A DNA stretch of 64,000 bases, taken from the sequence record NC_048170.1; one strand, written 5' to 3'. Shown piece after piece: positions 20,949 through 30,495 of this stretch. Positions within the stretch are counted from its first letter, which is position 1; the number at the start of each line of letters is the position of its first letter. A program made the translations under genes and the position numbers. The notes beneath the pieces were generated by a model. It was not told the DNA's origin. It did not search any database and saw only the letters and a list, made by a program, of their open reading frames with translations.

Positions 20949-21203
20949 CTCGATATATCTTCAAGCTATCCAAATGGGCAGATACTGCTCAATCTATCCA
21001 GAGCATGTGTTTTTCGTGAGCTCTCACGCATTGAGGGCGTCTCTGACTATCAATTCAGGAAGCTAGGTATCAACTTTATCACTGGAGGTAAAACGAACGC
21101 TGTAGACTTCTGTAGAATCGTTTATAAAGCGCCATCGATGTTTGAACTTTTAGAACATTTCGATGCGACGCGTCCAAAAGAGGAAGCGCGGACCATCGAA
21201 TGA
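20949..21203 (+). CDS. DNA polymerase exon 2 (84 aa, carries motif A)
   Basis: Manual translation LDISSSYPNGQILLNLSRACVFRELSRIEG...RTIE*. Spliced product is 583 aa. Absent from the ORF track. Confidence 0.88.
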   Translation, partial: LDISSSYPNGQILLNLSRACVFRELSRIEGVSDYQFRKLGINFITGGKTNAVDFCRIVYKAPSMFELLEHFDATRPKEEARTIE

Positions 21204-21240
21204 ATCAAGTATGTTGATCCTCGTTTAACAAAAAGAAAAC

Positions 21241-21294
21241 GCATGCGAAGCCCCTCCCCCTGGCGGAAGCCGGAGGGAGGGGTGAGGTTTATGC
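21241..21294. terminator. GC-rich hairpin between convergent genes
   Basis: CCCCTCCCCC-TGGC-GGAA-GCCG-GAGGGAGGGG followed by TTTATGC. Confidence 0.65.
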
Positions 21295-21774
21295 GCGTTC
21301 GTTGCCAACCGTTACTTTGTAGTCAGCGTCGGTTAAGAAAATAGACAGGAATCCATGTTCTTTGCAAATCTTACTAAGGATGTCAGCAATGATTTCGTTG
21401 ATCATCGGCTTGTTTGCAAGGGCATAGATGTACCCGGGTGTAAAAGAAAGTGCGTGATTGATCATAGGCTCATGAGAAGCCAAGATAAGGATCACGTGAT
21501 GCTTCCCATCGTCGGTAACGACCGCTTGCGTAGACACGAAGAAATCAGTGAAGCAGCAGCGATCACAGGCTTTAGGTATATACAAGTCACCCAGAGCTTC
21601 GTCACGTGCTTTTACGTGTGTTTCAGGGGTAATGCTGCTAAGTTGATCTTCAGCGAGATCCAAGACATCCTCAATCGTTTTAAGAATAGCGTTGCGGAAA
21701 TCCTCACGGTAGAATGGGATGATATCACGATCGTTCATGTAATCGCCGGATTCGATAGTAAAGTTGATGTTCAT
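21289..21774 (-). CDS. Hypothetical protein
   Basis: 161 aa, AGGAG RBS. Confidence 0.6.
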   Translation of the reverse strand: MNINFTIESGDYMNDRDIIPFYREDFRNAILKTIEDVLDLAEDQLSSITPETHVKARDEALGDLYIPKACDRCCFTDFFVSTQAVVTDDGKHHVILILASHEPMINHALSFTPGYIYALANKPMINEIIADILSKICKEHGFLSIFLTDADYKVTVGNERA

Positions 21775-21884
21775 TGAATGCTCCTAGTGGTTATGTCGAT
21801 TGATTGATGTGTTAATTTATGTTTGATGGGGTATACTTGAAACTACAAATAAGGCTCTTGGCGTTGCTGTTATGGTTCAGTTCT

Positions 21885-22361
21885 TTATCCCTTGTTGGAT
21901 TCGTCAATATACTTGGTGTCGTAAGACAAATGCTGAATTAATTTTCTAGGTCTGATGAAAATACGACATGTGATAAACACATCGGGATCGTATTGTTCCA
22001 CGCAACGTCCGAAGGCTCGTTTTGCGGACTGACGCATCAAGGCTAATTCCTGATCGTTCATCTCATCATCAAATTCGATGAGTATTGTTATTTTATCGGG
22101 AAATAAATAGATAGAGTAATCGCTACCGATATCACCGTCGTCAAAACGATAATCGTTGTGGTAATGGCGGAGCTTACCTTCGTGCTCCGCCTGGTACCAC
22201 CCGACGATACTATCAAGGCCCATACCCAGGCGTCCGAATGCCTGATTAATAATATCATCAACGACGGATGCAGGTGTGGGGCCATTGAATAATCTATCCA
22301 GACATTTTTTCATCGATTTGGTTTTCACGTTCATTGTTTCTTTTCCTGTTATAGTCAACAT
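21885..22361 (-). CDS. Hypothetical protein
   Basis: About 150 aa; part of a tandem array of similarly sized genes. Confidence 0.6.
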   Translation of the reverse strand: MLTITGKETMNVKTKSMKKCLDRLFNGPTPASVVDDIINQAFGRLGMGLDSIVGWYQAEHEGKLRHYHNDYRFDDGDIGSDYSIYLFPDKITILIEFDDEMNDQELALMRQSAKRAFGRCVEQYDPDVFITCRIFIRPRKLIQHLSYDTKYIDESNKG

Positions 22362-22423
22362 ATAGCCCTTCCCCGGCCTTGACGGCTAGGGAAGGGGCTA
22401 GGTACGTTATTTATGCTTCATTA

Positions 22424-22909
22424 TCAACCAGAGATGTTGCACGTTTCTTCTTCGTCGAGTGCGTACTCCATTGTGTAGAATTCATAACCATCGGAAAACT
22501 TGAGTGTTACTGTAATAGGGAAATCGCACGGCATAGCTGATTTCTTAAATGCGTTATTAGCAACATCAGCCAACCGACGTATAGCATCAGTCCCGCTGAC
22601 ACTGAATGGTAGTTGTATGTTGATAAGGATGCGGTGCTTGTAAACATAGAAAACAACGGTGCTGTCAAGATAAACGCTATGGAACGGTATTGTTGGGATG
22701 CGTTCCACGATGGTAAAATACGTCCCATCAATATCACTATTTCCCACTGACCACTTATCGGATTTGCGTAGATTTTCTTTGAGGAATTCGACGCTTCGAG
22801 TGACAGCCTCAGTAGTAGGTGCGACGTATGCGTCTTTATGCGTGTCGAAAAGTTCGTTGACGTTAGATTTGAATGAATACGCTGTTGCCATTTTGATAAC
22901 ACCGGTCAT
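22424..22909 (-). CDS. Hypothetical protein
   Basis: About 155-161 aa; weak C-terminal similarity to 22952..23449. Confidence 0.6.
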   Translation of the reverse strand: MTGVIKMATAYSFKSNVNELFDTHKDAYVAPTTEAVTRSVEFLKENLRKSDKWSVGNSDIDGTYFTIVERIPTIPFHSVYLDSTVVFYVYKHRILINIQLPFSVSGTDAIRRLADVANNAFKKSAMPCDFPITVTLKFSDGYEFYTMEYALDEEETCNISG

Positions 22910-22951
22910 GTTTAATTGATGAGTATTCCATCTAGTAAGGGAATACGTTAT

Positions 22952-23449
22952 TTAGCTATCGATCTCGCCATCTTCAGGATGGTAGTGGAATTCGAATAGC
23001 CCTGAACCATCGTGCCCGCTGATTGTTAATGTAACAGGCATATCGAATCCTCGTACGCGTTTATGAAAACACTCCGCTAACTTACGTTCAGCGTAATCTA
23101 CTATTTCATCGGTTGCTTCGACGCCACCTGTTACGCTGAGCGTGATATCGATACTAATGATGTTATCATGCAACGCAAACCGCCAACGATCGATACGATT
23201 ATTATCTTCAGCAGGCGTCTCGTTTACAAGATAGATTTTATCGTCAGCTGACAAAGCGGGACTCCAGCAACGTTCGTTTATTAATTTCGCCTGGAGTTTT
23301 AGTATCGTCTGATCAATAATATCCCAACACGTAACCAGCGTGACGTCAGGCACTGAATTGAGAAGGGCGAGCACTTTATCCTTTATTTTAAGTGCTTCCG
23401 CAGGACGCCCGCAAATACCATGCATTTCAACTTTCTTATCCATATTCAC
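22952..23449 (-). CDS. Hypothetical protein
   Basis: 165 aa; weak similarity to 22424..22909. Confidence 0.6.
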   Translation of the reverse strand: MNMDKKVEMHGICGRPAEALKIKDKVLALLNSVPDVTLVTCWDIIDQTILKLQAKLINERCWSPALSADDKIYLVNETPAEDNNRIDRWRFALHDNIISIDITLSVTGGVEATDEIVDYAERKLAECFHKRVRGFDMPVTLTISGHDGSGLFEFHYHPEDGEIDS

Positions 23450-23495
23450 TTCTTCACTTCTTTCTTAATCTAAATGTTAGTTGGGGATGGGATGC

Positions 23496-24128
23496 TTACA
23501 TGCTTTCTAACATATCGATGATCATGGAACCCATACCGAAACTCGGTCTCTCGCCGATGTACTCAGCAAGCTGACGATGAACGTCTTTTGGATTTCCTTC
23601 TTCACCGTCGGCATCGATGTAGACCGAAAAAGAAAATGAATCGGAATCCACGCTGATAACCAGACGGCGTTCATTGCGTTCCTTGAGTGTATCGACAATA
23701 GCCGCTTTCAGTACCGCGATCGCATTCATCGCGTGCAAGATGTCTCCATCGGGTTTCGGTAGATCGATCTTTTCTTTCAGGTCGATATTGATGTTGGTTA
23801 CAATTGGATTGAGGTCGACCTTGACATAATCGTTAGGGAAAACGCGAATAATTGCACGATCGATATCTGAACCGTAAAAGTCAACACGTGGCTTTAACAC
23901 TTCTTTGTTTGGATCCATGTTTTCATCCATCCCGGCCTGCAAGAAACGTTCTACGTTATCCAGTTCACGATAAACTGACGCTTCGATTTCTTTCAGATAG
24001 TTGGCTGCGGTTTCATGTTCTTTACGCAGCTCGTCTTTAAGGAGCTGTACGGTGACTTCACTAGAACGAATGCTGTTCGCGAATTGGGTAATTGACATAT
24101 CGAATTCCTTAAATTCTCTTGAGTTCAA
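23496..24128 (-). CDS. Hypothetical protein
   Basis: About 200 aa with an N-terminal coiled coil. Confidence 0.6.
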   Translation of the reverse strand: MNSREFKEFDMSITQFANSIRSSEVTVQLLKDELRKEHETAANYLKEIEASVYRELDNVERFLQAGMDENMDPNKEVLKPRVDFYGSDIDRAIIRVFPNDYVKVDLNPIVTNINIDLKEKIDLPKPDGDILHAMNAIAVLKAAIVDTLKERNERRLVISVDSDSFSFSVYIDADGEEGNPKDVHRQLAEYIGERPSFGMGSMIIDMLESM

Positions 24129-24146
24129 TTAATGATGAAAAGCTGT

Positions 24147-24172
24147 AAAAAAAAGGTGGGGCGAACCCCACC
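24147..24172 (-). terminator. Classical intrinsic terminator
   Basis: Minus strand GGTGGGG-TTCG-CCCCACC-TTTTTTTT. Confidence 0.8.
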
Positions 24173-24196
24173 AAAACGTCAGACACACGCAGAAAA

Positions 24197-24622
24197 TCAA
24201 TTCAGTGATGCATATAACGCATAACGACTGTAGATCTCAACCGCCGGTCCGTTATGCGTTAACAGACCATCCCGGTTGTAATACTGGAAAAATGAATAAC
24301 GTTTGTCGAAGTGATAAACAAAAGCAATGTCTTTGCCGTCAAAACCTGTGATGCGTGGTCTGTTTTTATCTAACAATGCTTTGACTTTTAACAGTGTTGC
24401 CGCACGTGCTTTAACGTTAGGGATTAATCCATCACAGTCGATATAAACGGTGTAACCTGTTTCAGATGTTGCGACGGTTGTATTACGATTGACGCGGAAG
24501 ATTTTTGTTTCGTATGTACTATCTTCAAGAATTGGGTTTTGTTTTTCGTATTTTCGTTTACGTAGAAATTCTACAACGGTGATATAGTTAGCGGTAATAT
24601 GCCCGGTTATAGCTTGTAACAT
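24197..24622 (-). CDS. Hypothetical protein
   Basis: 141 aa, AAGGA RBS; its leader is shared with 51399..51716. Confidence 0.65.
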   Translation of the reverse strand: MLQAITGHITANYITVVEFLRKRKYEKQNPILEDSTYETKIFRVNRNTTVATSETGYTVYIDCDGLIPNVKARAATLLKVKALLDKNRPRITGFDGKDIAFVYHFDKRYSFFQYYNRDGLLTHNGPAVEIYSRYALYASLN

Positions 24623-24697
24623 CTCGACATCCTTTTATATTGGATTGATTGCAATTGTCTTAAATAGATGATAAGATATTTTGCTCTTATCACTAAG

Positions 24698-24714
24698 GTA
24701 ATGTAGTCGTGAAA
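24698..24714 (-). promoter_or_regulatory. Putative phage early (virion RNAP) promoter
   Basis: Minus strand TTTCACGACTACATTAC, 15/17 identical to 51790-51806; resembles the phiKZ early TATATTAC motif. Confidence 0.55.
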
Positions 24715-24797
24715 TAAACTGCGTTAACAAGAAATAAAAACAGCATAGAACCCTCCTCCCCCATCCTTCAAGAGGACGGTGGGAAGAGGGAGAGAGA

Positions 24798-25199
24798 TTA
24801 AATGTCGTGGACGGCATTGCCGTTTAACCAGCAATACAGTTTAACGCGACAGGAATACCGCTTCGTTGCAGCAACCATTTCATCGCGTAAACGCTGGTAG
24901 ATTTCATCCTGGTGTTCACGTTCAATGGGGTAATCAGCCCAACATTCGATCATGACGTCACCATTAGTCAGAATCGTCGTACGCATCCTGTCCTGGACAC
25001 GACGATCTTTCCCAGCATTAGGGAAATACATCCCTTCAGTACGAATAAGGTCGCCGCAGGGCATGACTAACCATTCGTTCGTTTTGCCGGTATTCTTATA
25101 ATCCATTACAGCTTGCATTGCGGTGTCAACGCTAAAAGAAACATAATTCCAAACGGATGTCCAACGATAGATTGCGGGTTGTTCGAGTGTTTCGTTCAT
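24798..25199 (-). CDS. Hypothetical protein
   Basis: 133 aa, flanked by family hairpins. Confidence 0.6.
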   Translation of the reverse strand: MNETLEQPAIYRWTSVWNYVSFSVDTAMQAVMDYKNTGKTNEWLVMPCGDLIRTEGMYFPNAGKDRRVQDRMRTTILTNGDVMIECWADYPIEREHQDEIYQRLRDEMVAATKRYSCRVKLYCWLNGNAVHDI

Positions 25200-25412
25200 G
25201 GAGTGCTTTTCCTATTTTTATTTTCTGCACAGGATAAATTCAACGGCATAAAGCCCTTCCCTGCCCTTATATGGGGCGGGAAGAGTTTATGACCGCAATG
25301 AGAATCTCTCACGACAAGCTCACGACGATTATCGCATCACCCCGCGAGTGAGGGAGATCAGGATCACCTCCTACGTCGTAACGACAGCAATCCCGTTACG
25401 TCGCATTAGACG

Positions 25413-26051
25413 TTATGCAAAGCGACGCATGTAACCTGCCAGGTAGTTACGTGTATCGAAGTAGGCAATTTCAGGAATTGCGATATTAAGGTCGATAGCA
25501 CGGATTTCAACTTGGCGACGGCTTTCATCATAGATCGCATCCATCAGACGCAGTACTGTCAGGAAAGCCATGCGGGTATGGTAGTCCAGCGGCATGTTAT
25601 CGATACCGCGATACAGATAACGGTTTGCGTTAAATGCCCCTTCGCTGTTATCTTTCCAGATCTTCAGAATATCAGCAAAGGCGGTGCGGAAAACCTCAGG
25701 ATTATCCACATCCAGTAACGCACGGAAAGCAGACATTAAAGACCGCTGATGACGGATCAACGACTGCGGTGTTTGCGGCATGGTTGGACCCATTTCTTCC
25801 GCATATTTCTGGAACGGGGCAACCAGGGTTGCGGCACGAGAAGCCACGATAGAAACAGCAGGCGATTCTTTCACCGCCGGTTTCGCAGGCTTTTCTTCAA
25901 CAACGGTTTCCTTCTTCTCAACAGCGACCGTTTCCGGCTGTGCTACAACGTTGTTGGTCGGAGCAGCAGCCGCACCATTTTCCACGGCGGTCTCTACTGC
26001 TGTAATCTTTTCGTCCATTTGTGCGGAACGTTGGTCTTTATTCTTGCTCAT
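25413..26051 (-). CDS. Conserved hypothetical protein with low-complexity N-terminus
   Basis: 212 aa, AAGGA RBS, co-oriented downstream of the RNAP subunit. Confidence 0.65.
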   Translation of the reverse strand: MSKNKDQRSAQMDEKITAVETAVENGAAAAPTNNVVAQPETVAVEKKETVVEEKPAKPAVKESPAVSIVASRAATLVAPFQKYAEEMGPTMPQTPQSLIRHQRSLMSAFRALLDVDNPEVFRTAFADILKIWKDNSEGAFNANRYLYRGIDNMPLDYHTRMAFLTVLRLMDAIYDESRRQVEIRAIDLNIAIPEIAYFDTRNYLAGYMRRFA

Positions 26052-26076
26052 GTTTATTTCCTTTCATTTAACAAGG

Positions 26077-27378
26077 TTAACTAATATAAAGTTCAGGATC
26101 GTAAGGCGCTAACGATACACTGGCGTTATGCATTGCTTTCATCATAGTGTTCATGAAAACGTTGTTTACACCGGTGATCTCCGCCCCGATCGCGTCTGGG
26201 GTTGGAGCCATCGCGTTACCGCAACAGGTAGCACAGTATTCCAACGGACCCGCTTTACAGCGCTGAGGATCGCGTAACTTGATGGTTTGTCCTTCCAAGG
26301 AAGCAAGTAATTCAGCATCAATAAGTTTAAGCGCCGCACCGTCGATCATGTAACGGCCGACAAGCAGCTTATCTTTGATATGATCGCGGTTTACCGTGAA
26401 CAGAATATGTTCTTGGGTACCACAGTCGTCCATCGTGATTTTAAGGTTCTGTGTCGCACGTTGTGATTCTTTCGCCGTCTGTCCCGCTAAAGCGGTCAAC
26501 GCACCACGTGAGAACGAACCCGCACGTGCACTGTTGTTGTACTCCGCCCAATGGTCGACACGCATCCCTTCAGCCAGGCTGTGCGTGATAACGTTACGTT
26601 TACCAGGGTCAACGAAGTCGGCTTCAACCCCCATCATGATGTGCGTTTTCTTTCGAGTATTACCGAAACTCTTGCCAGGGTTAATATAGAACCCTTCCGA
26701 TTCGTCGCCCTTAAAGGATTCCTTATCCATTTTGGTTAGCGTGGCTTCGAGTTTAATAAGTTCTTCAGGCGTGAACTTACCTTCCTCTTGCAGACGCGCT
26801 AACTCTTTATCACGATAGGCAATAATATCGTCATCGACCGTTAACGCTTTATCGCTCATCGATGGGACAATTAAACGGTTGATGGCGGTTAATGCGCTGA
26901 TATTGTTGGTGAATTTCTTCACTTCGCTTGCGTACAGCGGGCCAATAGGACGTTCGTTAGGATCGGGTATCCCCTCTTCGGGATCGTCCGCTACGCGCGG
27001 CGCAATCAGTGATTCCAGTGTACCGCTGGTCAACCGTCCTGCCTGATATTCAATCTGAATACCGAAAGCATCATAAAGGACGTACATATTGAACAACGCT
27101 TCACCGAAGGTTGTGGTGGTCGTATTCTTAACCGACGGTAGATCACCAGGTGCGAGCTCCAATGGCTCCCAGAAACTCAACAAGGGTTTTGTTGGCTCGG
27201 TTTCCCATTGATGTTCCTCACCGTCGATGGTAACCGTAACGACGTTACCTTGACGACGTAATTTGGGCTGATACTTCTCAGCACCACCTTCCGTAAAAGC
27301 AAATGCGTCGTTAATCCATTCAAGATAACGGTAGTGCCCTTCACGCATCGCGTAAAGGAAATATTCACGAGGTGTCAT
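26077..27378 (-). CDS. Virion RNA polymerase beta' subunit, C-terminal part (phiKZ gp80-like)
   Basis: Bridge helix ARAGSFSRGALTALAGQTAKE, then ITMDDCGT, a Zn site LRDPQRC...YCATCCG and a trigger-loop-like MNTMMKAMH. Confidence 0.85.
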   Translation of the reverse strand: MTPREYFLYAMREGHYRYLEWINDAFAFTEGGAEKYQPKLRRQGNVVTVTIDGEEHQWETEPTKPLLSFWEPLELAPGDLPSVKNTTTTTFGEALFNMYVLYDAFGIQIEYQAGRLTSGTLESLIAPRVADDPEEGIPDPNERPIGPLYASEVKKFTNNISALTAINRLIVPSMSDKALTVDDDIIAYRDKELARLQEEGKFTPEELIKLEATLTKMDKESFKGDESEGFYINPGKSFGNTRKKTHIMMGVEADFVDPGKRNVITHSLAEGMRVDHWAEYNNSARAGSFSRGALTALAGQTAKESQRATQNLKITMDDCGTQEHILFTVNRDHIKDKLLVGRYMIDGAALKLIDAELLASLEGQTIKLRDPQRCKAGPLEYCATCCGNAMAPTPDAIGAEITGVNNVFMNTMMKAMHNASVSLAPYDPELYIS

Positions 27379-27391
27379 GTAACAACTCCTT

Positions 27392-28270
27392 TTAAACCTG
27401 GGTCAGGTCGCCGCGACGTGAAACGAACTCTGATAACGCTCGGGTTGCTTCTTTGGATTCTTCAGCCATCGGGAAGTTTGCGGTAATAAGTTCTCGTAAG
27501 ACGGGAATAATTTCATTATCTTCGAGATCAGAAGCTAAAGCGAATGCAATCAGTTCTTGGGTGTATGCATACGGTTGCTGGCGTAATGTAGCCAACTGAT
27601 TCCGACACTGCGCCATCAGCAAGTCTAGTGGAACCGCTATCGTACCCCCTTCATCAATATACTGGCTGAACACCGGTGGGAACGCATCGCTGATGACACG
27701 AATTCGTCGACGAATATGATCCGGAATCAGGACGTTTTCTTCGTCGGTGATATTTTCGCTGTCTTTCTCCAGCTTCTTGGTCAGTACCTGTTGAATGCGT
27801 GGAAGTAAGCTTGAATGTACGAAATTGATTAACGGTGTTACGTTAACAGCATCAACGCCGTAAATATGATGCGCGCATTCCGCCAGCACTTCAGCTGTGG
27901 TGTAGTCTTCATCTTCAACGATAGCGAGTAGAAAAGCGGTATCGTCGTGTGTTTCCAGGTCTAATAACGTAGACGCCAGTGCATGAAGATATTTCAGGCT
28001 ATCCAGAGTTAGCTGTCCTTCGTTAATTCGGATCCCGAAGGCAAGCAATTGTTGTTTATAAAGTTCGATACATCCGTTTGTTAAAATGATATCTAATTCG
28101 TTTAAATCGTATTGTTCCCCAGCACCTGATAACATCGTACTGCAGAACGTTTCCAGTTGTTCGCATTTAAAATCTTGGTATAAACGATGCATGCAGTGCT
28201 GTAACAGCGTACGCCTTGTTTCAGGGATCTTACCTTCTAACAAAGCCAAGACGGAATCAATCATATCCAC
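27392..28270 (-). CDS. Conserved hypothetical protein adjacent to the vRNAP subunit
   Basis: 292 aa, helical and acidic; same operon. Confidence 0.6.
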   Translation of the reverse strand: MDMIDSVLALLEGKIPETRRTLLQHCMHRLYQDFKCEQLETFCSTMLSGAGEQYDLNELDIILTNGCIELYKQQLLAFGIRINEGQLTLDSLKYLHALASTLLDLETHDDTAFLLAIVEDEDYTTAEVLAECAHHIYGVDAVNVTPLINFVHSSLLPRIQQVLTKKLEKDSENITDEENVLIPDHIRRRIRVISDAFPPVFSQYIDEGGTIAVPLDLLMAQCRNQLATLRQQPYAYTQELIAFALASDLEDNEIIPVLRELITANFPMAEESKEATRALSEFVSRRGDLTQV

Positions 28271-28360
28271 TCCGATGCGGTAAATGTCTACTAGCTCTCA
28301 TAATCTATTGAAGAAACTACCAGCTTACGCCAACTTAGATTAATCAGGAGTAACCATCCC

Positions 28361-28834
28361 ATGCCAGTTTCATCCAAACCAAGAAAAAAATCCGTAGGAA
28401 ACCCTAAAGCTCAGGAAACAACAGCAATTCGTTGGGACGAGTTACGTGAACCTATCGAAAACTGCGAATTGTTATTGGGCACCCTGGGTGCGGCTATTTA
28501 CCAAGCGACGCAACCCTGTCGTTTACGATTAACCCAAAACAAACGTGATGAGTTCGTTGCGTTATCAACGAGCACGAATAAAGATCTGACCGAACTTCAA
28601 ACCGAGTTGACGACGATCAAGAACTCCATTACGCCGATGTATGGTAAAGAAGTCGATGAACAAAGTATTCTGTTACAGTACAACTACGGGATGTCGTTAA
28701 TGAACATCCTGGAACGCGCATCCGATATTCTGCGTCCTGACGTTGCACGCCTGAGCCAACTGCGTGTTGAAGGGATGGAGAACCAGATCCGATTCGCTAA
28801 CAGTGTTAAATCTCAAGGAGCCACCGAAGCATGA
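28361..28834 (+). CDS. Conserved hypothetical protein (coiled coil)
   Basis: 157 aa, AGGAG RBS, basic N-terminus. Confidence 0.65.
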   Translation: MPVSSKPRKKSVGNPKAQETTAIRWDELREPIENCELLLGTLGAAIYQATQPCRLRLTQNKRDEFVALSTSTNKDLTELQTELTTIKNSITPMYGKEVDEQSILLQYNYGMSLMNILERASDILRPDVARLSQLRVEGMENQIRFANSVKSQGATEA

Positions 28835-30495
28835 GCGAACAAGAAAAAGAAGTCGTGACGAATCAGGAAGCCACCGAACGTTCAGAGTCGTCCGTTGAAA
28901 CTACGATTCCGGCAAGTTCCGAGCCGGTTGGTTCCGCACAGCAGGAAAGTAAAGAAGATGTAGTGGCTCCAGAAGCAACCCGTGAAGAAGAACCATCACA
29001 TCCACCGCTAATCGATTTCTCGAAGGCGACGATACGTTTCCAATGCGAAGACATTCGTCCTAAGAGTCCGAAGAAAACAAAACGTCAGCCGTTGGTGTTA
29101 CCGCTGTATTCTCCGCGTGTACAGACAGCGTATTACCGGGAATACATCAACGAAGCAATGGATACCGTACAAGCCATTGTCGCTCAACGCGGTAAACCGA
29201 CAGACGAACAGTTTGATAAATTCAGTAAAGCGGTGGTGCAATCGGTTGCTGATGGACAATATCATCCGCGTGGTCCAGCTCACGATCGTGCGTTGGAACG
29301 TAAGGGCAGTCAGTGGACTAACGTGCCCGTAGACTCATCGGGTGTTGGTCGCGTTATTCCTGGCATCCCGCAACCGAACCATATTCCTGATGATGTCGAA
29401 GCGCCGCTGACAGGAACCGATGCGATCTATTTTGCCATCCGTAATACGAAATCAGGTGCGCCTGCGGTAATGCCGTTATGGCATAGCGGTATTAAGCTGC
29501 AGTTTAATCCGCCGTCAAATGAACGTGTCGCAATTATGCACGAACGTATTGCCCGCGATAAAATCCTGGGTGGACGTGATAGTACCGGTTTCCTGTTTTC
29601 GGCAACCTCGATTATCACCATGAAGCACGCAATCGAATTAGCATTAGAATGCTGCTACATGGCCAACGTACCTAACCTGGATATCCAGCGTTTGAAAGAC
29701 ATTATTCCGGTTACCGATGTTCCAGCGTTATTGTTGAACGTGCTGGTAACCATGTATCCGTACGGATATCCTTACGTACAGACCTGCTATCAGAATCCAG
29801 AAACCTGCGACTATCGTGTTGAAGATACCGTAAGCTTTGCGAAACTCTATCAAGTTGACAACAGCGCAATAACCAAACGTATGCGACAGATCATGACCGA
29901 AGGTCCGGTCATGACAGATGAACTTTTGCGTGAGTATGCAAACGAACTGGGTGAAACAAACTCCCGTACGTTGGATCTGTCCGACAACGGTTCTGTTATC
30001 ATTGAACTTGAAGTACCGAAGATTTCACGTCAGATCGCCATGGGCGAACGCTGGTTAAGCGATACCCTGGAAGATCTGCGTGATATTCTATCGCGTCCGT
30101 CAATGACCGAAGAAGAGCGTGATCGTGTTATTCGTGAACGTCAGTTCTATAGCTGGATGCGTCAGTATGATGCATGGATCAAATCCATGCACGTGTCAGT
30201 AAACGGCACCATGCGTCGTGTAAGCGATGCGGATACAGCAACGGTATTAGCGCAGCTGTCTCGTGATAGCGATCTTCGTGAACGCTATATCGATGGGTTG
30301 ATGCAATTCATCGGTGATTCGACGATTGCGCTCGCAGCGATGCCTGCCTGGAAATGTCCGAAATGTAATACCGATATTGCCGACAATCTGCGTGACCAGA
30401 AATACTACGATCTGATTGCTTTGGATGTACCCCAGCTTTTTTTTACCCTAAACTCCGTCCAATCTCTTCAGGAGGGGATGGACGCGGTATTCTAA
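28831..30495 (+). CDS. Putative tail/baseplate assembly chaperone (G-like product)
   Basis: 554 aa with two CxxC-like pairs (TCYQNPETC, KCPKC); ends shortly after a U8 slippery run. Confidence 0.5.
   Translation: MSEQEKEVVTNQEATERSESSVETTIPASSEPVGSAQQESKEDVVAPEATREEEPSHPPLIDFSKATIRFQCEDIRPKSPKKTKRQPLVLPLYSPRVQTAYYREYINEAMDTVQAIVAQRGKPTDEQFDKFSKAVVQSVADGQYHPRGPAHDRALERKGSQWTNVPVDSSGVGRVIPGIPQPNHIPDDVEAPLTGTDAIYFAIRNTKSGAPAVMPLWHSGIKLQFNPPSNERVAIMHERIARDKILGGRDSTGFLFSATSIITMKHAIELALECCYMANVPNLDIQRLKDIIPVTDVPALLLNVLVTMYPYGYPYVQTCYQNPETCDYRVEDTVSFAKLYQVDNSAITKRMRQIMTEGPVMTDELLREYANELGETNSRTLDLSDNGSVIIELEVPKISRQIAMGERWLSDTLEDLRDILSRPSMTEEERDRVIRERQFYSWMRQYDAWIKSMHVSVNGTMRRVSDADTATVLAQLSRDSDLRERYIDGLMQFIGDSTIALAAMPAWKCPKCNTDIADNLRDQKYYDLIALDVPQLFFTLNSVQSLQEGMDAVF
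30437..30484 (+). promoter_or_regulatory. Candidate programmed -1 ribosomal frameshift site
   Basis: In-frame T TTT TTT heptamer (30438-30444) plus a downstream stem CGTCCA/TGGACG. The -1 frame is open into the next ORF. Confidence 0.6.
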
